Assembly (NCBI GenBank): GCA_947625345.1
Contig: CANQNX010000002.1
Span: forward strand, 12,459 to 76,458
Reading direction: 5' to 3'
DNA from: Candidatus Gastranaerophilales bacterium
GTDB lineage: Bacteria; Cyanobacteriota; Vampirovibrionia; Gastranaerophilales; Gastranaerophilaceae
Length of the DNA stretch: 64,000 nucleotides
This document shows, piece by piece, positions 48,532 through 56,944 of the stretch. Every line of letters begins with the position of its first letter. Position 1 is the stretch's first letter. The translations under genes were made by a program, and so were the position numbers. The notes under the pieces are model-generated. The model searched no databases, was not told the origin of the DNA, and saw only the letters and a list, made by a program, of their open reading frames with translations.

Positions 48532-49200
48532 ATGCACGAGAAAATAAAAGATTACATAAATATAATCGAAAAAGTATCGAGGGTTGAGCATAAACGTATT
48601 CCGCAGCACATGGTGGATTATGATGAGCTTGTAAGTATCGGTATTATTGCCATACAAGTAATGATAAAAGACAAGACAGACGAAGAACTGCAAAAATATA
48701 ATAATGCTTATATAGCAACAGCCGTAAGATGGGCTATAAGAAATGAATTAAGAAACAGATATAAATGGTATTCGCTTAAACATAATAATGAAAACAGCGA
48801 CGAATATGGAGCTGACGGTGTTGACGGAGCAGAAGACGATGAAAACACGGTAACACCCGGAAAAGTTAGAGAAGCCATTTATGAAACAATTTTATCAATC
48901 GACAGTTTAGCTGCAGCAGCATCAGATAACGATTCGCCTTATGATTTTATAAAAGACCCTTCTGCACTGCCGGATGAAAAAGCGGAAATATCAGAGTTAG
49001 GGAAAGTTATAAGAGAAGCTATAGCAAAATTGCCTCAAAAAGAAAGAACTATTATAGAATACAGATTTTATCGTAATATGCAGGTTAAAGAAATTGCGGC
49101 TCGTGTCGGACTATCTTCTTCAAGAATAACAAGAATCATTCAGGCTGCTTTAAATACAGTCAGAGAATATCTGAACAAAAAAGAACATTACGGATATTAA
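48532..49200 (+). CDS. fliA: FliA/sigma-28-like RNA polymerase sigma factor
   Basis: Region 2-like YIATAVRWAIRNELR. Region 4 HTH LPQKERTIIEYRFYRNMQVKEIAARVGLSSSRITRIIQAAL. It is adjacent to flhB. An acidic insert (NENSDEYGADGVDGAEDDENT) lies between the regions. Confidence 0.7.
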   Translation: MHEKIKDYINIIEKVSRVEHKRIPQHMVDYDELVSIGIIAIQVMIKDKTDEELQKYNNAYIATAVRWAIRNELRNRYKWYSLKHNNENSDEYGADGVDGAEDDENTVTPGKVREAIYETILSIDSLAAAASDNDSPYDFIKDPSALPDEKAEISELGKVIREAIAKLPQKERTIIEYRFYRNMQVKEIAARVGLSSSRITRIIQAALNTVREYLNKKEHYGY

Positions 49201-49252
49201 TATTTTAAACTTTTAAACAATAAATGCCCTAATAGGGCAGGAAAAGAAAACA

Positions 49253-50917
49253 CTAAACTTCAAACAATGAGTACAACTTTGCTTTAACTTCTTCTTCATC
49301 TATTTCAGGTGATTTTTGATTTAATTCAATTGCAGCCTGATAATAATTTGCCGCTTCAACTTTTTTACCCAACTCTTCATATGTCCTGCCCAAATTATAA
49401 TAAGCCATTGTATAGTCTTTATTAAGGAAAATTGCTTTTTCAAAAAGTTTTTTAGCTTCTTTTAAATTACGTATTCCGTCTAAATATATAACTCCTAAGT
49501 TATTATATGCGCTGTAATATTTTGGATCCATTGAAATAGCCTTATTATATGCAATTATAGCCTCTTCAATATAATCTTTTTGCCATAGAACCATTGCACA
49601 TTTATTATATGCAACAGGATTTATCGGGTTAAGTTTTATTGCTTCGCAATATGCTTTAATTGCACTGTCTAAATCTTCACTTTCATGATATATATCACCC
49701 AATTCCACATATACTTCATCATTCATTGAATCAAACATAATTGCAGCTTTCAAAGTATCCAGGGCACTGTCTACATCTTCAAATACATTATAATAAACCG
49801 AAGCCAAGGATTGACATACAATTGAAGTCCATTCCGGATTCGGATTTTTATCAATAGCAAATTTATAATGTTCACAAGCCTCTTCAAACTGTTCCGCTCT
49901 GACTAATGCATAGCCCATTGCGTTGTGATAGAACGGATTTTCCCAGTCTTTCTCCAGCGCAAGTTTAAAAGCATTAATTGAATTGATTACATCATCTTTT
50001 TTCATATAAAGATGTCCCAACTCATAATAAATGGATGCATTATCTTCTTCGAGTTCCAAAAGTTTTGTATAACAATCAATTTCCGTATCAACATCATCCT
50101 GATAATATTCTTTAGTTAAAGCTGCAACTTTTAAAAGCAGTTTTTTATCATAAGGATTAGAAGCCAAAGCTTTCATATAAGAAGCTTTTGCATCCGCTAT
50201 TTCATCCTTTTTAACGTTTATATCACCTATTTTATGATAATAAATATCATCCCTGCCAATATTATTAGCTGCCATATCATATGTTTTAACAGCCATAGAA
50301 TAATTTTTTGTTTTTTCCAAAACAGTTCCTATAAAATCATAAAACATAACCGATATATTTTTATGAATATTTTTACAGAGCATTTTTAATGAAGGATAAT
50401 CAAATGCTATACTTGCACCTCCCGTTACCATATAATACATATATTTTGATAAATCGGAAGGATTAATATTTGAATTATTCATTTTATCTTTATATAAAGA
50501 AGCGAGAGATAATCTGGATCTTGCGGATTTAACGGGGGATAATTTTATTGCCGTTTTAAATTCTTCCTCGGCTTCATCATATCTTTTTGCCAATTCCAAA
50601 AAATAACCGGCATAAATTCTCGCATTCGGATTATTGGGGGAAATATTAACTGCCGATTTACATTGTTCAATAGCAGATGAAAGATTTATTTCTCCGTTTT
50701 CCCATAAAAGAGTCGCAAGCCTGTAATATGCTTCTGCGATGTTCGGATTGTATTTTATAGCATCTATATAATAATCGACGGCACTTTCCAAATCAGATTT
50801 TTTACCTTTAATTAAATATTCCTCATGAAATTTTCTTGCATCTTCCAAACAATCAGATGCTTTTATATCAAAATCTTCATTGTTATTTGACTTAAAAGTT
50901 GTATTCTCTTTATACAT
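49253..50917 (-). CDS. TPR-repeat protein
   Basis: A 554-aa protein with many 34-aa repeats matching the W/Y..LG..Y...G.Y..A...Y.KAL..(D/N)P pattern (e.g. AYYNLGRTYEELGKKVEAANYYQAAIELN). Confidence 0.8.
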   Translation of the reverse strand: MYKENTTFKSNNNEDFDIKASDCLEDARKFHEEYLIKGKKSDLESAVDYYIDAIKYNPNIAEAYYRLATLLWENGEINLSSAIEQCKSAVNISPNNPNARIYAGYFLELAKRYDEAEEEFKTAIKLSPVKSARSRLSLASLYKDKMNNSNINPSDLSKYMYYMVTGGASIAFDYPSLKMLCKNIHKNISVMFYDFIGTVLEKTKNYSMAVKTYDMAANNIGRDDIYYHKIGDINVKKDEIADAKASYMKALASNPYDKKLLLKVAALTKEYYQDDVDTEIDCYTKLLELEEDNASIYYELGHLYMKKDDVINSINAFKLALEKDWENPFYHNAMGYALVRAEQFEEACEHYKFAIDKNPNPEWTSIVCQSLASVYYNVFEDVDSALDTLKAAIMFDSMNDEVYVELGDIYHESEDLDSAIKAYCEAIKLNPINPVAYNKCAMVLWQKDYIEEAIIAYNKAISMDPKYYSAYNNLGVIYLDGIRNLKEAKKLFEKAIFLNKDYTMAYYNLGRTYEELGKKVEAANYYQAAIELNQKSPEIDEEEVKAKLYSLFEV

Positions 50918-51088
50918 AAACTTTTATTCCCCCACCCTTATATCATCCGATAAATTCTTAAAAAATGGAATCTTTTTTGAATAAAATACTGCGTTTGGAG
51001 TACTAATTTTTATTAACAACCATTAATAAAAAGACAATTTTTATAATCGTTTTGTTTTTATTATATTAGGTAGAAAAAGGAGTATGGT

Positions 51089-51559
51089 ATGTTTGAAGTT
51101 AGCGGTATAAATAATTATCATTCAAAATATGGCTCAGAAACATTAAAAACAATAAATGAAGCAGATACTACGTCATATTTAAAAAGAAAAGAAGAACATG
51201 ATAAGTATGTAAAACAAGAAAGTTCAGAAAACAAAAAAAGTATTCCTCTTTTAGGTAAAATAGCTATAGCAGGTGCAAGTGTTTTTGCTCTTATTAAAGG
51301 ACGTAAAGGCATTTCAAAAATATTTTCAAAAGCAGGTAATTTCATAAAAACAAAATTTCCTAAATTAAAAGGTAAATTATCAAATTTTAAAGCTAAATTA
51401 CCCAGTTTAAAAGGAAAACTTCCCAATGTCAAAGGAAAGATGTCAAAATTATCAAATAAATTACCAAAAGACAAAATCAAAAATTTTGGCAGTAAAGTAC
51501 TTACAAAACTTAAAAGCCCTATAAATTTTATTAAAAAAATATTCACTAAAAAAGCATAA
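51089..51559 (+). CDS. Hypothetical single-pass membrane protein with a Lys-rich heptad-repeat tail
   Basis: A strong SD (AAGGAG) precedes the ATG. There is a TM helix (IPLLGKIAIAGASVFALI), then six heptads: PKLKGKL/SNFKAKL/PSLKGKL/PNVKGKM/SKLSNKL/PKDKIKN. The antisense ORF 51118..51546 is its AAA/TTT mirror. Confidence 0.55.
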   Translation: MFEVSGINNYHSKYGSETLKTINEADTTSYLKRKEEHDKYVKQESSENKKSIPLLGKIAIAGASVFALIKGRKGISKIFSKAGNFIKTKFPKLKGKLSNFKAKLPSLKGKLPNVKGKMSKLSNKLPKDKIKNFGSKVLTKLKSPINFIKKIFTKKA

Positions 51560-51568
51560 TTTAATCAA

Positions 51569-53347
51569 ATGATACAACCGACAAATATAAAAAATAACAC
51601 CATATTCAGCTTGTTTTCGGATTATAACCTTAAACAAGCTTATACCGTTAATAAAGAAGCGGTAAATGATGAATATAAAAAACCAAAAGGACATAATAAA
51701 AAGAAAAAATTATTATTCGGTTCAACACTTGCATCAACTATAATAACTGTCGGTATATTCAGTATGTTAATAGCGAAAGGACCTCACGGGGGTTCCGCTA
51801 AAAGGCTTTCAAGATTAACGGAAAAATTGTCGGACAAAATAATAGAATCAAATCAAAATTCGACAAAAAAAATATTCAAAAAGGCAGTATACTATACAAA
51901 AAAAGGCACCTCCAAAACAGCAGAAGGACTTCAAGCAACATCAAACGTTACTGCTTTTAAAGATTGGATAAGTAATAAAATTTTAAGAAAAAATAAATAC
52001 ACGAGAAAATTTGCCGATGAATCAACAAATTTATTTAAAAGAATTGTTGATAAAACTTTAGGTAAAAAATATGACAAAGTTGAAGTAAAAGTCAAAGATA
52101 TGACTTCACTTTTAAAACATTACAATATTGAAAATTTATCAAAACTCTCTGAAGCTGAAAAACTTCAGGAAATAACAATAAAAGGCAAAAAACTTACTTT
52201 GGGTGAATGGATTGAAAAACTATCCGGTCACACTAAAAATTTAGAATCTTCATTTGATAATAATTTTAGCTTAGGTGCAAGAAAATTAAGAGACAAAAAA
52301 AGATGGTCATTAATTTCGGATGTATCTGACAAAATTGAAGAAAGATTTTTTAAAGATAAAAAAAATTTATTTAAATTAAAGAATTATAAAACATACGTTA
52401 CCGAAGACGTTACATCACAGGCACAAAAAGAACTTGAAAAAGATATATTAAATGCGAAACAATCCATTACCAATAATATTGAAAGTGTATATTCAAAAAT
52501 AAAAAACAGAATTTCTTCAATATCCCAAACAATAAACCCTAATGACACAACTTCCGCCGAGTCAATAAACATAATAAAACAAAGACTTGAAGAATTAAAA
52601 GTATGTAAAAGCAATAATGATACGGAATTAAAAAATAAGATAATTGAAAGTATAAAAACAGAAATTAACAACTTAAAAAACAATACTAAAAACAGAGATT
52701 TATATTCTCAGAGTGAAGCAAAAGAACTGTTAAGTCAAATCAGAAATTTAACAAGAAATATTGAAAATACTTCTCATCATTCAAATGGCAGCGTTGAAGA
52801 AATAATTACAATATTAAAAGGCTTGAATGAAAACAGATTAACTTCAACAGGCAAAAAAATCATATCCGACAGAGAAGTAAAGGATTTTACACATATATCA
52901 AAAAAGATAAGAAGTAATTTAGAAAAAGCAACAAATCTTGAATCCGGAGAATATTTCTTAAAACAAGCGGAATTAAAAGTAGGCTCGGCGCCTACGGATG
53001 TTATATCAATATTATTTCCGTTAGGAGTCGGAGCTTATGCAATAGGAACAAGTGATGACAAAGATGAAAAGATATCAAAAACCCTTACAACCTGCATACC
53101 TTTAGTCGGAACCTTTGCTACGTTTGTATACGGAACAACAAAAATGTTATCGGGAGCAAAAAACCTGTCATTTTCTCTTATATCAGGTGCAATTTTAGGT
53201 AAATTAGGCTCATACAGCGAAAAATTATATCAAAAATATAAAAAAACAGGCTCAATTACAAATGTATTTAAAGAAGAATGCAACAGTTTTATTTACGATA
53301 TAACACCGGAAGAATTTTTATCCCAAGCTTCAATTAAACAAAAATAA
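51569..53347 (+). CDS. Hypothetical membrane protein with a long coiled-coil middle
   Basis: A 592-aa protein. A basic stretch plus TM is present (KKKKLLFGSTLASTIITVGIFSMLI), followed by about 400 aa of charged helical sequence and C-terminal hydrophobic segments (VISILFPLGVGAYAIG, CIPLVGTFATFVYG). No family was recognised. Confidence 0.55.
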   Translation: MIQPTNIKNNTIFSLFSDYNLKQAYTVNKEAVNDEYKKPKGHNKKKKLLFGSTLASTIITVGIFSMLIAKGPHGGSAKRLSRLTEKLSDKIIESNQNSTKKIFKKAVYYTKKGTSKTAEGLQATSNVTAFKDWISNKILRKNKYTRKFADESTNLFKRIVDKTLGKKYDKVEVKVKDMTSLLKHYNIENLSKLSEAEKLQEITIKGKKLTLGEWIEKLSGHTKNLESSFDNNFSLGARKLRDKKRWSLISDVSDKIEERFFKDKKNLFKLKNYKTYVTEDVTSQAQKELEKDILNAKQSITNNIESVYSKIKNRISSISQTINPNDTTSAESINIIKQRLEELKVCKSNNDTELKNKIIESIKTEINNLKNNTKNRDLYSQSEAKELLSQIRNLTRNIENTSHHSNGSVEEIITILKGLNENRLTSTGKKIISDREVKDFTHISKKIRSNLEKATNLESGEYFLKQAELKVGSAPTDVISILFPLGVGAYAIGTSDDKDEKISKTLTTCIPLVGTFATFVYGTTKMLSGAKNLSFSLISGAILGKLGSYSEKLYQKYKKTGSITNVFKEECNSFIYDITPEEFLSQASIKQK

Positions 53348-53395
53348 TATTTTTAATTGAGTAAAAAATAAATAAAACATACTAAAATAAAAGTT

Positions 53396-54175
53396 ATGAA
53401 AAAAATATTGTCATTTCTTTTATTAATAAACATAATATCAACACCCGTATACAGTGTTGAATTTGACTCATCCATAGACGGAGAAATAAGAAAAAATTAT
53501 AAAATAGAAGAAAGTGAACTACCTCCGCTGCCTGAAGAAACAGCGAGTGCACCGATTGAAATAAAAACTCCGCAATACAACCCTACAGGCAAAACATATA
53601 ACTTAAAGAGCGGCACAAAAATATCCGTTCAATCTACAAGAGCAATAACGGACAGAACACCTATGGGTACAAAAGTTTCATTTGCGGCAACAAATGCGAT
53701 TACAACAAAAGAAGGAGCAATAATTCCTACAGGAACGATATTAAAAGGAACAATTACGGATTCTCATCCTCCGCAATTAAGCGGTAACGGTGGTTTAATC
53801 GAGTTAAAAATAGATGAAATATATTATAACGGAATTATGTCGCAAATAAATTCAAAAGTATCTTTGGCAAATTCAAAAAAAATATTTTTAGGAAACATAA
53901 AAGGTAAACGTTCTTATTGGAAAAATTTTTCCAAAGTAATGAAACCCGGAAGAGCAACATATAATGCAGCTCAAAAATGCGCAAAAGCACTAGCTCCAAT
54001 ACCCGTTATAAATATATTATCAATTGTACCCTTAACGGGAGGTATTGCTGTATATACGGTTAATTTAGCTCTGTCTCCCGTTGTTGCGATTTTTACTAAG
54101 GGTAAATCTTTATCTTTACCAAAAGGAACATTATTTCAAATAAAAATTACCGAAGATTCATTAATAAACGGATGA
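53396..54175 (+). CDS. Hypothetical secreted/anchored protein, VirB10/TrbI-like by eye
   Basis: Signal or anchor MKKILSFLLLINIISTPVYS, a Pro-rich linker (ELPPLPEETASAPIEIKTPQYNP), a beta-rich core (LKSGTKISVQSTRAITDRTPMGTKVSFAATNAITTKEGAIIPTGTILKGTI), an inserted hydrophobic helix-loop-helix, then final strands LPKGTLFQIKI. Confidence 0.5.
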   Translation: MKKILSFLLLINIISTPVYSVEFDSSIDGEIRKNYKIEESELPPLPEETASAPIEIKTPQYNPTGKTYNLKSGTKISVQSTRAITDRTPMGTKVSFAATNAITTKEGAIIPTGTILKGTITDSHPPQLSGNGGLIELKIDEIYYNGIMSQINSKVSLANSKKIFLGNIKGKRSYWKNFSKVMKPGRATYNAAQKCAKALAPIPVINILSIVPLTGGIAVYTVNLALSPVVAIFTKGKSLSLPKGTLFQIKITEDSLING

Positions 54176-54238
54176 TAAAAGTTGCCTGATATATATTTTT
54201 ATATTACGCTAATAACATAACAGAATAAGGAATTAATC

Positions 54239-55336
54239 ATGTTACGAGCAGGAATTGTAGGGCTTCCGAATGTAGGCAAATCAACATTATTTAATGCATT
54301 AACATCATCACGTAATGCGCAAAGCGAAAATTATCCGTTTTGCACAATAGAACCAAATGTCGGAGTAGTAAGTGTCCCTGATGAAAGATTACAGATATTA
54401 AAAAAACTTGTAAAAACAGATGTAGTAATACCGACGGCAGTTGAGTTTGTTGATATTGCAGGTTTAGTTAAAGGTGCAAGCAAAGGTGAAGGCTTAGGTA
54501 ACCAATTTTTACATAATATAAGAGAAGTTGATGCGATTATTCAGGTAGTCAGATGTTTTGATGACGATAATACAATTCACGTATCGGGTAAAATTAATCC
54601 GATTGACGATATTGAAACAATAAATACGGAACTTGCATTAGCGGATATGGCTTCAATAGAAAGAAGATTGGACAGATTAACAAAACAAGTAAAAAGCGGA
54701 GATAAGGCTGCGATTTTAGAACATAAAGTATTATCAAAGCTTAATGAGCTATTGCAAGATGCAATGTTTATAAATATTGAAGAACACTTTGAAGAAGATG
54801 AACTTGAAATAGCAAGGGCATCTCAGCTTATGTGTATAAAACCCGTAATTTATGCCGCAAATGTGAGTGAGGCTGATCTTGCGACAGGAAACCATTATGT
54901 TGAAGAAGTAAAGAAATATGCGGCAAAACATAATGCTGATGTTGTTGTTATTTCTGCCAAAATTGAAGAAGAATTAGTAGATTTATCTCAGGAGGAAGCA
55001 AAAGCATATCTTCAAGACTTAGGTGTATCAAGCTCAGGGATTGAGAGAATGATACAATCAGTATATAAATTACTTGATTTAACAACATTTATAACAGCAG
55101 GAGAAAAAGAAGTTCATGCCTGGACCGTAAAATCCGGCTCAAAAGCTCCAAAGGCTGCGGGGGTAATTCATACCGATTTTGAAAAAGGATTTATAAGAGC
55201 AGAAGTTACATCATATAAAGACTTTGTGGAAGCAGGCTCATATGCTGCCGCAAGAGATAAAGGTTTAACGAGATTAGAAGGAAAAGATTACGTAATTCAA
55301 GACGGTGACATTGTTCATTTCAGGTTTAATGTTTAG
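54239..55336 (+). CDS. ychF: Ribosome-binding ATPase YchF
   Basis: GIVGLPNVGKSTLFNALT, FCTIEPN, DIAGLVKGAS, and the C-terminal TGS region GFIRAEV...DGDIVHFRFNV. Confidence 0.93.
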   Translation: MLRAGIVGLPNVGKSTLFNALTSSRNAQSENYPFCTIEPNVGVVSVPDERLQILKKLVKTDVVIPTAVEFVDIAGLVKGASKGEGLGNQFLHNIREVDAIIQVVRCFDDDNTIHVSGKINPIDDIETINTELALADMASIERRLDRLTKQVKSGDKAAILEHKVLSKLNELLQDAMFINIEEHFEEDELEIARASQLMCIKPVIYAANVSEADLATGNHYVEEVKKYAAKHNADVVVISAKIEEELVDLSQEEAKAYLQDLGVSSSGIERMIQSVYKLLDLTTFITAGEKEVHAWTVKSGSKAPKAAGVIHTDFEKGFIRAEVTSYKDFVEAGSYAAARDKGLTRLEGKDYVIQDGDIVHFRFNV

Positions 55337-55360
55337 GAATTTATATAGCCCGCTTAAATA

Positions 55361-55430
55361 TTCACCCTGAATTTATTTCAGGGTCTCAAGGCATAAGATT
55401 CTGAGCTCGCTTCACTACGATATTATGACT
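55361..55430 (+). repeat. Decayed copy of the dispersed hairpin-repeat family
   Basis: TTCACCCTGAA-TTTAT-TTCAGGGTCTCAAGGCATAAGATTCTGAGCTCGCTTCAC... Hairpin 1 is intact. The 3' arm of hairpin 2 has diverged. The element begins 24 nt after the ychF stop. Confidence 0.7.
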
Positions 55431-55503
55431 TTAATATTGTATTATATATTTAAAATATGATACAATAAAATCAAAACGGAAAAGGTTTTGGGAGTTTTAT
55501 TTA

Positions 55504-56886
55504 ATGAAGTGTATAATTTTAGCAGGCGGTTCGGGTGAAAGATTATGGCCACTATCAAGAGATTTATACCCAAAATCATTATTAAAATTAGACGGGGATA
55601 AAACATTAATTCAAAATACTTATGAAATAGCCGCTGAATTAACATCAAATAAAAATATTTTAACCATTACAAATATCAGGCAGGAAAGTGATATAAGACT
55701 TCAATTAAAACAATATGCGAAGAATATAGAAATAATATCGGAACCTTTAATAAAAAATACAGCACCTGCAGCTGCATCCGCAATAACATATTTAGAAGGC
55801 GACAAAGATGAAATTGTCATATTTCTTCCTGTTGATTTTAAAATCGAAGATATTGAAAAATTTAAAGAAGCCGTTAAAAAAGCACAGTTATTATCAAAAT
55901 CGGATTTAATAATTGCATTGGGAGTTAAACCCGAATATTGTGATAACGGTTTCGGGTATATAAAAGCAGGTGAAAAAATTAAAAACGGATTTTATGTTGA
56001 AAAATTTATTGAAAAACCCGATTATAATGATGCAAAAAGTTATATTAACAATAAAGACTATTACTGGAACTGCGGCATTTACATAGGTAAATTATCAGTA
56101 TTTAAAGAAAATTTTGAAAAATATTCACCTGAAATCATAAATAAACTTTCTAAAGAAATGTTTGAAGAAAATAATAAAATAAAATACGAATATTATAAAA
56201 ATATGCCCGAAATTTCAATAGATTACGCAATTATGGAAAAAACCGATAAACTAGCTTTTGTCGAACTTAAAACAAAGTGGTATGATTTGGGTTCATGGCA
56301 AAATATTTATAATAAAAAAGAAAAAGATTCAAAAGAAAACGTAATTGAAGGAAATGTTATAAGTGAAAAAATTCAGAACTCATTAATATATTCTTCAAAA
56401 GATGTTGTTGCCGTAGCAGGCTTAAAAGATAAAATAGTTATAGAGACCGAAGATGCAATATTGGTTTGCTCAAAAGAAAAAGCTTGTGAAATTAACAAAT
56501 TGGTAAAAAAATTAAAAGAGGAAAAAGATAAAACCACCCTGAGTTGTAAAACGGTATACAGACCATGGGGGTATTATACATGCCTGAATTCGGGTAAAGG
56601 ATATCTGACAAAATTAATATATGTACTGCCCAAAAACAGACTTTCATTGCAATCTCACAATCATCGTTCGGAGCATTGGGTAGTATTAGAAGGTAGTGCT
56701 GACGTTGTGTTGGAAGATAATACATATTCTCTTCAAAAAGGAAAGAGTATAGACATTCCTCAAAAAGCAAAACATTCACTGCAAAACAATACCGATATTC
56801 CGTTAAAAATATTAGAAGTTCAAAGAGGTGATTATATCTCTGAAGATGACATAATAAGGTATCAGGATATATACGGAAGAGTCTAA
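55504..56886 (+). CDS. manC: Mannose-1-phosphate guanylyltransferase / mannose-6-phosphate isomerase (type II PMI-GMP)
   Basis: MKCIILAGGSGERLWPLSR, the nucleotidyltransferase core, and a C-terminal cupin (RPWGYY..., SLQSHNHRSEHWVVLEGSA). Confidence 0.88.
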   Translation: MKCIILAGGSGERLWPLSRDLYPKSLLKLDGDKTLIQNTYEIAAELTSNKNILTITNIRQESDIRLQLKQYAKNIEIISEPLIKNTAPAAASAITYLEGDKDEIVIFLPVDFKIEDIEKFKEAVKKAQLLSKSDLIIALGVKPEYCDNGFGYIKAGEKIKNGFYVEKFIEKPDYNDAKSYINNKDYYWNCGIYIGKLSVFKENFEKYSPEIINKLSKEMFEENNKIKYEYYKNMPEISIDYAIMEKTDKLAFVELKTKWYDLGSWQNIYNKKEKDSKENVIEGNVISEKIQNSLIYSSKDVVAVAGLKDKIVIETEDAILVCSKEKACEINKLVKKLKEEKDKTTLSCKTVYRPWGYYTCLNSGKGYLTKLIYVLPKNRLSLQSHNHRSEHWVVLEGSADVVLEDNTYSLQKGKSIDIPQKAKHSLQNNTDIPLKILEVQRGDYISEDDIIRYQDIYGRV

Positions 56887-56905
56887 AGTTAATAATACCG
56901 ATTTA

Positions 56906-56914
56906 TGGTATAAT
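56906..56914 (+). promoter_or_regulatory. Extended -10 element upstream of ftsH
   Basis: TGgTATAAT, the same 9-mer as at 12990-12998, lies about 30 nt upstream of the ftsH ATG. The -35 is weak. Confidence 0.35.
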
Positions 56915-56944
56915 TAAAAATGCTAAACTAAATAAGGATAAAAA

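Noticed and set aside
49225-49239. The hairpin TGCCCT-AAT-AGGGCA between fliA and the TPR gene as a terminator.
   Set aside because: The stem is only 6 bp with a 3-nt loop, and there is no clean T-run on the plus strand. It is too weak to call as a feature, although it may assist minus-strand termination.
50930-50960. A sigma-28-like -10 (TCCGATAA) upstream of the 51089 gene block.
   Set aside because: The nearest TAAA lies 25 nt upstream instead of the required ~15 nt, and the element is about 140 nt from the ATG. GCCGATAA-like strings elsewhere (2353, 45330) are inside genes.
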